Of a stretch of DNA of 64,000 nucleotides, positions 19,786 through 29,366 are shown in pieces (the stretch's first letter is position 1; the number at the start of each line of letters is the position of its first letter). Under the pieces are notes generated by a model. That model had not been told where the DNA came from, did not search any database, and saw nothing but the letters and a program-made list of their open reading frames with translations. The stretch is from Candidatus Sumerlaeaceae bacterium (GTDB lineage Bacteria; Sumerlaeota; Sumerlaeia; Sumerlaeales; Sumerlaeaceae): positions 128,001 through 192,000 of the forward strand of contig JBPCLP010000045.1 in assembly GCA_051003195.1 (NCBI GenBank), written 5' to 3'. A program made the translations under genes and the position numbers.

Positions 19786-21164
19786 ACGAGCCGCTGGATA
19801 AAGTCGAAAATCCGAATCGGCGCGGGTCATCCGCGCCGCTGCGCAGCAGCATGCATCCAGCGATGCTCCTGGTATGTCTTGCTGCGTATTTCTGGTTTGC
19901 GGTGTGGCTCCCCTGGCATGGGCTGCACAGTAACGATTTTAAGCACCTGTACCTTGGCATGAAAGCACTGCTGGATGGGGATGAGCCCTATTCGCCGCTC
20001 AGCTTGTTTCACCATGCGGCGCTTAATGAAATGATGCATCCGAAGCTGAGTCTCAACCCCTACGTATACCTCCCGTTTACAGGACTGGCCATGAGTTTCC
20101 TGGCACCGTTCTCCTTCAGTCAGGCGGCTGCCATCTGGTTTCTATTGAATCATCTGTTCGCGCTTGTGGCGTGCTGGCTGATCGCGCGGGAGCTCTATCC
20201 CGACACCAGGTTGCGCGCATTTGGAATTCTGCTTTTCGCGCTGGCGATGAGTTCGCCGATGGCACGCACGTTGACGGCCGGCCAGCTAAATCTAACAATG
20301 CTGTTTTGCGCGACGGCGGCATTTTGCCTGCTGCTGCGAGGTCGCGACAAAACTGCCGGAGCGGTGCTCGGGTTCGCGGCCTGCTTTAAGCTGGCGCCGG
20401 CATTGTTCCTGCTGTATTTTGCGATTCGACGCAGGTGGAGCGCGCTCGGCGTGATGTCGGGAACCATTGCTGTATGCCTGGCCATTTCGCTGGGGGCAGT
20501 TGGCTGGAAAGTTCACGCCGCATTCCTGCCGGTTCTTCAGCAGATGCGCTATGGGCATTCAAGCTGGGAGCACATCTGGCAATTTCACATGACGCCTCCC
20601 ACTTTTTGGAAGGACCCGACCAACCAGAGCTTCAACTCCCTTTTCACGCACGTGTTTGTTGGGGACAATGCAATTACGCCCTGGCTGCAAGGCACTCAGG
20701 GCGTTGCAAACGTGGCCACATGGGGCGTCAGCCTGCTGCTGTTAGCCGCCTATCTGTGGTGCATGTGGAGTCGAGATGCCGAGCCAGTGAAAGAGCTTCA
20801 ATTTGAACCTCGAATCAGCGGCATTTCGGACCGGGACCAGGCGCTGTTTCACACGACATTGCTGCTCATGCTGCTGCTGCCCTCGCTCATGTGGGACCAT
20901 TACCTTGTGCTGGCGCTGCTGCCGGTATCGTGGCTGGTGCAATTCTGCCACAAGCGCCGCTATTGGAAAACAACGAGACTCGTTGTCGCCTGCTATATGA
21001 TCATCTGTGTCCCGTGGCAGTTTGATGCGGAAATCTACCGGCAGGGTGCTGGGCTGCTGCTCATGTCGGCCAAATTATGGCCGACGGTGGTGTTGTTCGG
21101 GGTCTGCTGCTGGGTAGCCCTTAAGGCCAAAGGTGAACCTGCTATTCCGGTGCAAACCGGCTGA
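19782..21164 (+). CDS. GT87/DUF2029-like membrane glycosyltransferase
   Basis: NDF...Y, YVYLPF, GQLN, FKLAP, NQS and MWDHY motifs; 4-nt overlap with the upstream gene. Confidence 0.75.
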   Translation: MNEPLDKVENPNRRGSSAPLRSSMHPAMLLVCLAAYFWFAVWLPWHGLHSNDFKHLYLGMKALLDGDEPYSPLSLFHHAALNEMMHPKLSLNPYVYLPFTGLAMSFLAPFSFSQAAAIWFLLNHLFALVACWLIARELYPDTRLRAFGILLFALAMSSPMARTLTAGQLNLTMLFCATAAFCLLLRGRDKTAGAVLGFAACFKLAPALFLLYFAIRRRWSALGVMSGTIAVCLAISLGAVGWKVHAAFLPVLQQMRYGHSSWEHIWQFHMTPPTFWKDPTNQSFNSLFTHVFVGDNAITPWLQGTQGVANVATWGVSLLLLAAYLWCMWSRDAEPVKELQFEPRISGISDRDQALFHTTLLLMLLLPSLMWDHYLVLALLPVSWLVQFCHKRRYWKTTRLVVACYMIICVPWQFDAEIYRQGAGLLLMSAKLWPTVVLFGVCCWVALKAKGEPAIPVQTG

Positions 21165-21264
21165 GAAGTTGCTAAGAATCCCGGGGCGGCTTGAAAATCT
21201 TTCGCATGGAAAGGACTTGCAGCACCCGGGCGAGAGGCCCGAAAGAAAACGCATGCACGACAGT

Positions 21265-21486
21265 ACCACAAGTGTGCCGAACCCGAAATTCGTATCCACG
21301 TATCGATGTGATTGTGCGCTCGTTCGGCACACAGAACCTGCCAACGAACTAATGGTAAACCACACCAGTGTGCCGAACCAGAAGTTCGTATCCGCGTATC
21401 GATGTGATTCTGCGCTCGTTCGGCACACAGAACCTGCCAACGAACTAGTGGCAAACCACACTAGTGTGCCGTCCCAGAAGTTCGTC
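21265..21486 (-). repeat. Tandem ~2.3 x 96-bp repeat, reverse-oriented member of the ~95-bp family
   Basis: agtgtgccg recurs at 21271, 21367 and 21463; the reverse complement begins gtgtggtttaccattagttcg...ggttctgtgtgccgaa, like copies A, B and C. Confidence 0.85.
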
Positions 21487-21539
21487 GCTATACTTCAGCA
21501 AGCTTTCGAGCTCGGACGTTGCGGCGACGGGAGCTGTCC

Positions 21540-22790
21540 ATGCGCAATGTGATTGCGCTGGTGCTTGCGGGCGGACGCATGGGGGAATACGGCGTACTGA
21601 CGCACAACCGCGCCAAGGGCGCGCTCACATTCGCAGGATCCTACCGCATTATAGATTTTGCGCTCTCCAACCTGGTTAACGCAGGGATCGAGCAGATTGG
21701 AATCATCATTCAGTATCTGCCGGCATCGCTGATCGAGCACGTAGGCGTCGGGCAGCCATGGGACCTGCATGGTTATGGCCGCGCTTTAAAAATAATGCCG
21801 CCATTCGTAGGCGTGGAAAAGACAGCGTGGTATAAAGGCACCGCAGACGCCTTATACCAGAACCTTAATTTTGTTCGGGATGTAAAGCCCAGCCATGTGG
21901 TGGTGTTGAGCGGCGAGCACGTGTACCACCTGGATTACAAAGCGGTCCTCCGCGCGCATTGTGAGCGGAATGCCGATGTAACAATGGTGACCCGCGAACT
22001 GCCGAAAGAGAAGCTCAGTCGGCGATTTGGTTATGTGGTTTCCGATGAAAACGGGCGCATCTCGGAATTTTATGAAAAGCCCGCCAGCCCTCCAAGCAAC
22101 GTTGTCTCCGCCGGCATTTTTGTCTTCCGGACCGAAGTGCTGCTCGCCGAACTGGAAGCGAATGCCCGGATGCCGGACCATAACCTTGCCAAGGACGTCC
22201 TCCAACGTCGCGCCGGCGAACTTGAATGCTTCGAGTACCGCACCCACGACTACTGGGAATACCTGGAAAACGTCACCGATTATTACGAAGCTCAGTTCAG
22301 GCTGATGGCGGAGGGAAGCCATGAGTTGTTGCGGCGCTGGAACGTTCTGACGAACCTGGAATTCCGAGGTGTCGGCTTTGCTCCGGCAGCCTCATTTGGC
22401 TCGGATGCGCATGTGTTCAATGTGTTGGCAGGGGCAAACTGCCATATCGAAGGCACGGTAAGCGACTCGATCCTTTCGCCCGGTGTGAGAGTCGGCAGGG
22501 GCGCCGTGGTTCGAAAGAGCATCTTATTTCACGACTGTCACATTGGTGAGGGCGCTACGCTGGACGGTGTGGTCTCCGATCGCGATGTAATCTTTGAAGC
22601 AGGCTGCAAAATCGGGACTCGCCCCTCGCGCGATGGAGATACAGTAACGGATCTGAGCACGGGAACGCCTGTGCTGACGCTCATTGGCAAAGCCGTGCAA
22701 ATCGGGCCCGGCGTAATTATTCCCAAAGGTGTGCAGTTACGCGCCGGGAGAGTGCTCCCCGACCAGGCCGCGGCAAACGCCGAAATCTAG
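21540..22790 (+). CDS. Glucose-1-phosphate adenylyltransferase family protein, divergent (GlgD-like)
   Basis: VLAGG...RAK...YRIIDFALSN, WYKGTADA, FYEKP and a C-terminal hexapeptide beta-helix; the usual catalytic motifs are altered. Confidence 0.8.
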   Translation: MRNVIALVLAGGRMGEYGVLTHNRAKGALTFAGSYRIIDFALSNLVNAGIEQIGIIIQYLPASLIEHVGVGQPWDLHGYGRALKIMPPFVGVEKTAWYKGTADALYQNLNFVRDVKPSHVVVLSGEHVYHLDYKAVLRAHCERNADVTMVTRELPKEKLSRRFGYVVSDENGRISEFYEKPASPPSNVVSAGIFVFRTEVLLAELEANARMPDHNLAKDVLQRRAGELECFEYRTHDYWEYLENVTDYYEAQFRLMAEGSHELLRRWNVLTNLEFRGVGFAPAASFGSDAHVFNVLAGANCHIEGTVSDSILSPGVRVGRGAVVRKSILFHDCHIGEGATLDGVVSDRDVIFEAGCKIGTRPSRDGDTVTDLSTGTPVLTLIGKAVQIGPGVIIPKGVQLRAGRVLPDQAAANAEI

Positions 22791-22800
22791 CACAATCCCG

Positions 22801-23050
22801 AACTGGGGCCGAAGCAGCAGCTAGTGGATTTCGCTCTTCGGCCTTCGCTCCTCGCTCTTCTCTTCACCCTTCAGTTTAAAAATACATCCCAAACTGGCGT
22901 CGGAGTAGCATCTATCCGATTTCGCTCTTCGGCCTTCGCTCCTCGCTCTTCTCTTCATCCTTAAGTCTTAAAAATAGAATTCCCAACTGGGGCCGGAGCA
23001 GCAGCTATCCGATTTCGCTCTTCGGCCTTCGCTCCTCGCTCTTCTCTTCA
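22801..23050 (+). repeat. Three-copy tandem repeat, period 91-93 bp, with an identical 40-bp pyrimidine-rich core
   Basis: gatttcgctcttcggccttcgctcctcgctcttctcttca at 22827, 22918 and 23011. Confidence 0.9.
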
Positions 23051-23054
23051 AAGT

Positions 23055-23148
23055 GTGGTCTACCGTTAGTTCGTAATCGGTTCTGTATGCCGAATCGAGG
23101 TCAAGTCTGCCCTTTGGTCTGGCAAGGAACCACGATTCGGCACACCAG
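23055..23148 (+). repeat. ~95-bp dispersed intergenic repeat, copy B
   Basis: gtggtctaccgttagttcgtaatc...gaggtcaagtctgcc...gattcggcacac; matches 10477-10571. Confidence 0.85.
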
Positions 23149-23257
23149 GATCGAGCCTTTGCCGCGCTTGTAAGCGCGGGTATGTCTCCATTGTCGTTTT
23201 TTCTTTCGCCTGTTCTTTCGGCTCTTTCTATTGTCCCTTTTCTGCACTGGAGGAATA

Positions 23258-24562
23258 ATGCGGCCGGTTGATTTGATCATCAAGAAGCGCGAGGGTTATC
23301 CGCTCACTGCTGACGAATTCGAGATGTTTATCAGCGCTTTTGTTCGCGAGGAAGTTGCAGATTACCAGGCCGCTGCTTTCCTGATGGCTGCATTTACCCG
23401 CGGACTCGATTTCGAAGAGACCGCCGGGCTTACCCGCGCAATGATGAATTCTGGCGAGACTTATGACCTTACCGGACTTGGATTAAGCCGCTCGGTCGAC
23501 AAGCACAGCACGGGCGGAGTAGGTGATAAGATCAGTTTAATACTGGCCCCGCTGATAGGGGCGTGTGGTGTGCCCGTGCCGATGGTAAGTGGCCGCGGGC
23601 TCGGGCACACCGGGGGAACGCTCGATAAACTCGAATCCATACCGGGATTTAATGTGAGCCTGTCTCGCGAACAGTTTTTTGCACAGCTCAAAAAGATCGG
23701 CGTCGCCATGATCGGTCAGAGCGATAAGTTTGTCCCGGCCGACAAAAAGCTATACGCGTTGCGTGATGTGACAGGCACGGTGGAATCGGTGCCGCTGATC
23801 TGCGCAAGCATCATGAGCAAAAAGGTGGCGTCAGGCGCACAGGCGCTGGTCATGGACGTGAAGTGCGGCAGTGGGGCGTTCATGCCGACTCTCGAGCGCG
23901 CGCGCGAATTGGCGCATGGCTTGACCGGTGTTGGGCAGGCGCTTGGCCGGCCCGTCCGCGCACTCATCACTGACATGAACCAGCCGTTGGGGAAGATGAT
24001 CGGGAATTCGCTGGAGGTGATTGAAAGCATCGACTGCATGAAAGGCGGCGGCCCTGCGGATGTTCGCGAGCTGACACTGGAACTAGCTGCAGAAATGCTG
24101 ATCCTGGGCGATAAAGCATTGACCCACCAGGAGGCACGCACCGTAGCGGAAGGTGCGCTGGACTCCGGCGAAGCATGGCAGAAGTTCCGCGAGATGGTGC
24201 AAATGCAAGGTGGAGATGTCTCGTTTATCGATGACCCGGCCAAGCTGGACGTGAGCACTGAACGATTTGACTTTGCAGCCGACACTGATGGTTACCTGAC
24301 TGCGGTCGATTGCCGAGGAATCGGGAACGCGGCAGTCGTTTTGGGAGCGGGTCGCGAAAAAACAACCGATGATGTGGATTATGGTGTCGGCTTTGAGATG
24401 CACGTCCGGATTGGAGACGAGGTGAAGGTAAGGACGCCGCTGATCACGATTTATCATCGTGGAGGTCCGGCGCTTGAGGACTGTAAGGCCCGACTCCGCG
24501 CGGCATTTACAATAGGCCCCACCAAAGCCGAGCCGCGTCCTTTGGTACTCGAGAGAGTTTAA
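23258..24562 (+). CDS. pdp: Pyrimidine-nucleoside/thymidine phosphorylase
   Basis: DKHSTGGVGDK, SGRGLGHTGGTLDKLESIPG, LYALRDVT and SIMSKK motifs; SD GGAGG. Confidence 0.93.
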   Translation: MRPVDLIIKKREGYPLTADEFEMFISAFVREEVADYQAAAFLMAAFTRGLDFEETAGLTRAMMNSGETYDLTGLGLSRSVDKHSTGGVGDKISLILAPLIGACGVPVPMVSGRGLGHTGGTLDKLESIPGFNVSLSREQFFAQLKKIGVAMIGQSDKFVPADKKLYALRDVTGTVESVPLICASIMSKKVASGAQALVMDVKCGSGAFMPTLERARELAHGLTGVGQALGRPVRALITDMNQPLGKMIGNSLEVIESIDCMKGGGPADVRELTLELAAEMLILGDKALTHQEARTVAEGALDSGEAWQKFREMVQMQGGDVSFIDDPAKLDVSTERFDFAADTDGYLTAVDCRGIGNAAVVLGAGREKTTDDVDYGVGFEMHVRIGDEVKVRTPLITIYHRGGPALEDCKARLRAAFTIGPTKAEPRPLVLERV

Positions 24563-24576
24563 CAGGTTTAACAGGT

Positions 24577-25206
24577 TTACTCACCCCGATAACCCTGCTT
24601 AACTGTTTGGTAGCTGACGACGTTTGTCGGAATGCCGTGCTTTTCAAAGCGCTTTTCGTAGCCCGTTTTGACAGCCAGAAGCTCAGCCGGTGGAACGATG
24701 CGTTCGAGTTCCGGGCGGGCATCCAGTAATGCCGCGGTCGTGGTGAAATAATCCGGCACATCTGTGCGGAAATGCAGCAAGCCACCTGTCATGATAGATT
24801 TAATTATCAGGTCCAGATTCTCTGCATGAACCAATAGCCGTCGGTTGGTGTGTCGTTGTTTTGGCCATGGATCTGGAAAGTACACATGTACCGAGTGCAG
24901 CGATTCCCCGCGCACATACTCACGGAGAAAATGACGTATCTCGACATTAAGTATCCGCACATTGGAAAGCTGCGCGCGTTTTACTTTGGTCACGATTTTG
25001 CGCAGCACAACAAGCTTGCGTTCGACGGCAATAAAGTTCGTTTCCGGGCGCGATGCAGCGTACTGGACAATGAAATCCCCTCGGCCAGCACCGATTTCCA
25101 GTTCAACGGGTGCTTCGCGACCGAACAATTCCGTGTAATTGAGTGGCCCCTGCAGGTCGCCGAGCGTCTTGTAGCCGCTGTCAGCGTGAGGCAAAGAAAT
25201 GATCAC
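24577..25206 (-). CDS. trmB: tRNA (guanine-N7)-methyltransferase
   Basis: ELEIGAGRG, YFPDPWPK..H..RRL, FRTD and TGYE motifs. Confidence 0.92.
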   Translation of the reverse strand: MIISLPHADSGYKTLGDLQGPLNYTELFGREAPVELEIGAGRGDFIVQYAASRPETNFIAVERKLVVLRKIVTKVKRAQLSNVRILNVEIRHFLREYVRGESLHSVHVYFPDPWPKQRHTNRRLLVHAENLDLIIKSIMTGGLLHFRTDVPDYFTTTAALLDARPELERIVPPAELLAVKTGYEKRFEKHGIPTNVVSYQTVKQGYRGE

Positions 25207-25673
25207 GCAGGAAGGACGCCACTGAGGCCAGCCAGTATTTCAGGGGGCAGGTTGCTCTTGTCCAGGATCAGGCATTCCGACTGCTGCTCGAGTAGCTGCG
25301 CGGCGATCATTAGCACGCAACGGTGCACGCCCTCGTTGCGTTCGATGCGCATGGTCGGATCAACGCGTACCGTCACGCTGCCCTGCTTTTGTTCGGTGCG
25401 AATGTAGAAATCCTGCGAAAATCCCGAACGCACTGCCGTGCAGTCGAAAAGGAGCTTGCTGGTATCGCTGCTGAGATAGCAGCAGCGAAGTTTCAGTATC
25501 CAGCCGGCTTCATTGCGCTGGCATGGTTGAAAACAGCTAATGAAGCGGGAAAGGTCGGCCTGCCCTTTTAGGATCACGTGCGGCAACTGGTAACTCCTGT
25601 AAACGCTGAGGCTCTGCATGCGAGCCTGGTCGTAATATTCTGAAGGAGACAATGCATTTAGGTTCTCGCACAA
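25203..25673 (-). CDS. Hypothetical protein
   Basis: 156-aa ORF with a 4-nt overlap on the trmB start; no recognisable motif. Confidence 0.55.
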   Translation of the reverse strand: MCENLNALSPSEYYDQARMQSLSVYRSYQLPHVILKGQADLSRFISCFQPCQRNEAGWILKLRCCYLSSDTSKLLFDCTAVRSGFSQDFYIRTEQKQGSVTVRVDPTMRIERNEGVHRCVLMIAAQLLEQQSECLILDKSNLPPEILAGLSGVLPA

Positions 25674-25762
25674 TGAATTACATATGCGGGTAGACCCGAC
25701 CTCCGCCCGCCGCTTTGCGGAAGAATCTTGAACGTTCGGTAAATGTTGGACTGGATCCGAAA

Positions 25763-26314
25763 ATGCGCATTATTGCAGGCCAGCGAAAAGGCTTTGTGTT
25801 GGCGGCACCGAAGGGCGAAGCAACGCGGCCTACACTCAGCCGCGTGCGCGAGTCCGTATTTTCAATTCTTGGTGCGCAGCTCATCGATGCGCAAATTGTG
25901 GATCTTTTTGCAGGGGCCGGAACCCTTGGTCTTGAAGCCTTAAGTCGCGGTGCAGCACATTGTACATTCGTAGAAACTGCGCGGGATGCGCTCGTTACGT
26001 TACGCGCGAATGTCGAGAACCTTGACTACGAGCAGCAATCGGAGATCTTTCAACAAAACGCGATCACCTGGGCCACCTCGTCGCAATTTCGAGCACAGCC
26101 CCACGTGATTTTCGCCGATCCTCCGTATCACGAGACACTCGCGCAGAAAACGTTGGAAGCGCTTCTTTCGAATCCGCAATTACCCCCGGACATGCTGCTG
26201 GTGTTGCAATGTGGAAAGCGCGATGAAATCAGCCACGTGAGCGGGCGACTCTCCCACTTTCGGACCGAGAAATATGGAGAGACAATTGTGCACTTTTTTA
26301 CTTCCAATCCTTAA
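25763..26314 (+). CDS. rsmD: 16S rRNA m2G966 methyltransferase
   Basis: MRIIAG, TRPT...RESVF, DLFAGAGTLGLEALSRGA and FADPPY motifs. Confidence 0.93.
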   Translation: MRIIAGQRKGFVLAAPKGEATRPTLSRVRESVFSILGAQLIDAQIVDLFAGAGTLGLEALSRGAAHCTFVETARDALVTLRANVENLDYEQQSEIFQQNAITWATSSQFRAQPHVIFADPPYHETLAQKTLEALLSNPQLPPDMLLVLQCGKRDEISHVSGRLSHFRTEKYGETIVHFFTSNP

Positions 26315-26396
26315 ACAGCTATGAGAAAAGCCGTGTTCAAGGATCACATTCCCGTGGGTTACATCGCTATCGCTGCAGAGGATTGGGAGAGTTACG

Positions 26397-26894
26397 ATGG
26401 AGCATTCTTACCAGGCGGAAGGACTACTTGTCGTCGCACGAACCTATTTTGAAAAAGGTTTCGAGGCGCAAAGGCAGGGCGATTTTGTTGCGGCTCTGGG
26501 CTGCTACCAGAAATCGATAGAGACACGTGCCTCAGCCGAGGCATACTGTTACATGGGTTGGACTTACAGCTTTCTTGGCCAGTACGAAAAGGCGATTCGC
26601 GCATGCATGAAGGCGATCGAAGTCGACCCGGACTTTGGCAATCCCTACAACGACATCGGCGCCTACCTGATCGAAATGGGCCGGTACGAAGATTCGCTGC
26701 CGTGGCTTCGTAAGGCGACACGTGCGCAGCGCTATGAATGCGCGCACTACCCTTGGTACAACATGGGTAAAGTTTATGAGCGGACCGGCAATTTGGGACG
26801 CGCCCGGGACGCCTACGCGCGAGCGCTCCATGTGTACAGGGGCTATCCGCTGGCCGTGGAAGCACTGATAAGGGTACTGGCAGCGCTCAACTAA
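26397..26894 (+). CDS. Tetratricopeptide repeat protein
   Basis: TPR pattern AEAYCYMGW...KAIEVDPDFGNPYNDIGAYL...PWYNMG. Confidence 0.85.
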   Translation: MEHSYQAEGLLVVARTYFEKGFEAQRQGDFVAALGCYQKSIETRASAEAYCYMGWTYSFLGQYEKAIRACMKAIEVDPDFGNPYNDIGAYLIEMGRYEDSLPWLRKATRAQRYECAHYPWYNMGKVYERTGNLGRARDAYARALHVYRGYPLAVEALIRVLAALN

Positions 26895-26984
26895 ATGCCG
26901 ACCGAAGCAATCGGCAGCTGGCTCGAAGTGTAAAAGTATTTACTCCAGGATGACTGCCACACTATTGTCCGGCTTTTCTGCGGG

Positions 26985-27473
26985 TTAGCTGCGGAACTTT
27001 ATATCCCGCGCCGAATAGACACGGTCGATAAAGAGAATGCCGTCGAGATGATCAATCTCGTGCTGAAGGATGACGGCTTCGAATCCTTCAGCGATGAAAC
27101 TGATCGGTGAGCCGTCGGGAAGCGTTCCATCAATGCTGATCTCATTCGCGCGCGAAACACGTGCAACCAGGTCGGGAATTGATAGGCACCCTTCCCGGAA
27201 ACTTGTCTGTCCTTCAGATGCACAAATCTCAGGATTCAACAGCACCAGCCGACCATGGTTCGCCACTGGGCGCTTAGCACGGGTCGCGTCAACGGCGATA
27301 ATACGCACAGACTCGCCAATCTGCGGCGCGGCAATGCCGACTCCCGTATGGTTGTCGAGAGTATCCAACAGATCCTGGATGATCGCAGCGGTTGTTTCTG
27401 TACCCGGCAACGCGTCAGCCGCTTTCTCCCGCAGCAGCGCATCCGGATAGAGCACAATCTCGCGAACGGGCAC
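26985..27473 (-). CDS. def: Peptide deformylase
   Basis: GVGIAAPQIG, EGCLS and QHEIDHLDG motifs. Confidence 0.95.
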   Translation of the reverse strand: MPVREIVLYPDALLREKAADALPGTETTAAIIQDLLDTLDNHTGVGIAAPQIGESVRIIAVDATRAKRPVANHGRLVLLNPEICASEGQTSFREGCLSIPDLVARVSRANEISIDGTLPDGSPISFIAEGFEAVILQHEIDHLDGILFIDRVYSARDIKFRS

Positions 27474-27525
27474 GACTAGCGCCCGATTTTAAATTGCGAA
27501 TTGGAAATTGTAAATTGTAAGAACA

Positions 27526-28065
27526 TCACATGTCCTGATGCTCGACGGCTTCGAGGCGGACTTCGATACCAAGTTCGCGTCCGATAAGCTCGAGATCGGC
27601 GCGAAGCGCGTCCGGGTTTGCTGCCCCGATAGCCGCTTCAATGCGCACCATATACACCGGAACCTTGGTACGGTCAAGCAGCCGTGTGGTCATTTCCAGG
27701 ATGTTCACGTTATGCGAGGCGAGCGTCTGCGAAAGCGCGGCCACGATACCGGTGCGGTTAGGTCCCGAAGCTGATACATAAATGTCGGGTTCCGGCTCGT
27801 CCTCGTGCTCGACCGCCGCTTCAAGGTGAATGTGTAGACCGAACTTCGTCGCGATTTCCTCGAGGCGCATTCGCAACCGTGATTCATCGCCCCCGCGCGC
27901 GAGCAGCATCGTGGTAAAGTTCCCAGACAGGCGCGTCATGGACACATCTTCAAGATCTACGTCTTCGTCTGCAAAGACACGCGAGACAGCGGCGACGAGC
28001 CCAGGTCGGTCGGGGCCGGTGACAGTAACAATGCGGCGTGCTAAACGTTGCGATTCATTCGTCAT
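27526..28065 (-). CDS. Tandem ACT-domain protein (GcvR-like)
   Basis: Two ACT motifs: VTVTGPDRPGLVAAVS and SASGPNRTGIVAALS. Confidence 0.85.
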   Translation of the reverse strand: MTNESQRLARRIVTVTGPDRPGLVAAVSRVFADEDVDLEDVSMTRLSGNFTTMLLARGGDESRLRMRLEEIATKFGLHIHLEAAVEHEDEPEPDIYVSASGPNRTGIVAALSQTLASHNVNILEMTTRLLDRTKVPVYMVRIEAAIGAANPDALRADLELIGRELGIEVRLEAVEHQDM

Positions 28066-28189
28066 GCTTTTTCCCAACCGCCAATGATCGCAAATGCACG
28101 CCAATTCTTATCAAACTCGAGCTTGGGGCGTCCCAGCGATTCGATCACATTTTCTTGCACGCCCCGATGCTGCCCCGCGAAATCCGACT

Positions 28190-28756
28190 ATGCCCAACAA
28201 CGAACCATTGCTTCCCTCCACCTGGACCACTTCCCGCCTCCATATGCGTCCACCCTCGCTGGATGATGCGGAACCAATCTTCGCGGCGTATTCGTCCGAT
28301 CCGGAAGTGACACGATATCTCAGTTTCAAGTGCGCCCGGGAAGTTCAGGAAACTCGCGAGTTTCTCGAAAAAGTTGCCATTCCAAGAAGCGAAGATCGGC
28401 ATGACGGCAGCCACTACATGATTACCGACATTCATACCGGCGAATTAATGGGCTCTATCAACACGAGCATCTTCGGTATAAAAGCTGAAGTTGGCTACGT
28501 ACTTGCCCGGAGATTCTGGAACCAGGGCTACATGACCGAAGCACTGTCAGGCCTGCTTCATCTGCTTTTTCAAAACGAAACCATTCATCGTGTGCAGGCG
28601 TTTCACGACGCCGAAAACACTGCCTCCGGACGCGTCATGGAAAAATGCGGAATGCAGCGCGAAGGGCGGCTACGGAAATATGCCGTTCATCCCAACGTAA
28701 GCACCGAACCCGGAGACTGCTACATGTGGGCAATCGTGCGCGGCGACCAACCGTAG
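28190..28756 (+). CDS. GNAT N-acetyltransferase (RimJ/RimL-like)
   Basis: TSRLHMRP, AEVGY...FWNQGYMTEA and NTASGRVMEKCGM..EG motifs. Confidence 0.88.
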   Translation: MPNNEPLLPSTWTTSRLHMRPPSLDDAEPIFAAYSSDPEVTRYLSFKCAREVQETREFLEKVAIPRSEDRHDGSHYMITDIHTGELMGSINTSIFGIKAEVGYVLARRFWNQGYMTEALSGLLHLLFQNETIHRVQAFHDAENTASGRVMEKCGMQREGRLRKYAVHPNVSTEPGDCYMWAIVRGDQP

Positions 28757-28940
28757 ACTTTCGTATAGAAATCGATCGCTTTGAGCCGCGTTGACAGCGC
28801 AACTCGTCTAAAATAACCACAGCCCGCGATCAGGCACCCGAATACCAGGCAGTGCTTTCGTTTACCCGGAACCCTGAACCCTGGTATTACGCCGGTGCTC
28901 CCGCCAGTTCGCGTTCGGCCCGCTGCTAGACGCTGATGCA

Positions 28941-29366
28941 ATGGAGGGGCTGCGACCGCTGCCTCCGAATCTCCCGCTGGGCAATTTCGTTATATCGTTT
29001 CTGGGAGGGCCTGCGCACCCAGTTTCCCGATGCCTCAGCACCGGCGACAGCGTGGGGCAGTTTCGTGTAATACATGCGCCTGGACATACTGAAGGCCACT
29101 CTGTGCTTTTTCGCGAAAACGACGGCGTGCTGATCGCCGGAGACGTCCTTGCGAACATCAATTTTGTAACTGGAGCAGTTGGACTACGCGAGCCACCGCA
29201 TGTGTTTTCTACGGACTGGCGACAGAACCGCGAGTCGGTACAAATCGTCTTAGATCTCGAGCCAGGCGTAATCTGCTTTGGACATGGGCCGCCGCTTGAG
29301 GATATGCAGAAACTACGGAGCTTTTGCAGAAAGCTCGAAACGAATCCGCCCGCTGTACAACCTTAA
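28941..29366 (+). pseudogene. 5'-truncated MBL-fold hydrolase fragment
   Basis: Has HAPGHTEGH, LIAGD and CFGHG but lacks the N-terminal HxHxDH; an in-frame TGA lies ~22 codons upstream. Confidence 0.55.

Noticed and set aside
21265..21486. CRISPR array or integron attC array
   Set aside because: The units are near-identical along their whole length, with no unique spacers or cassettes, no clear RYYYAAC/GTTRRRY ends and no integrase.
22801..23050. CRISPR array (three identical 40-bp repeats)
   Set aside because: The 51-53-bp intervening sequences resemble each other, the repeat is non-palindromic low-complexity DNA, and there are no cas genes in the window.
26321..26452. Remnant of coaD after rsmD (MRKAVF...)
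   Set aside because: Only about 5 residues resemble the CoaD N-terminus and there is no PGSFDP or HxGH motif.
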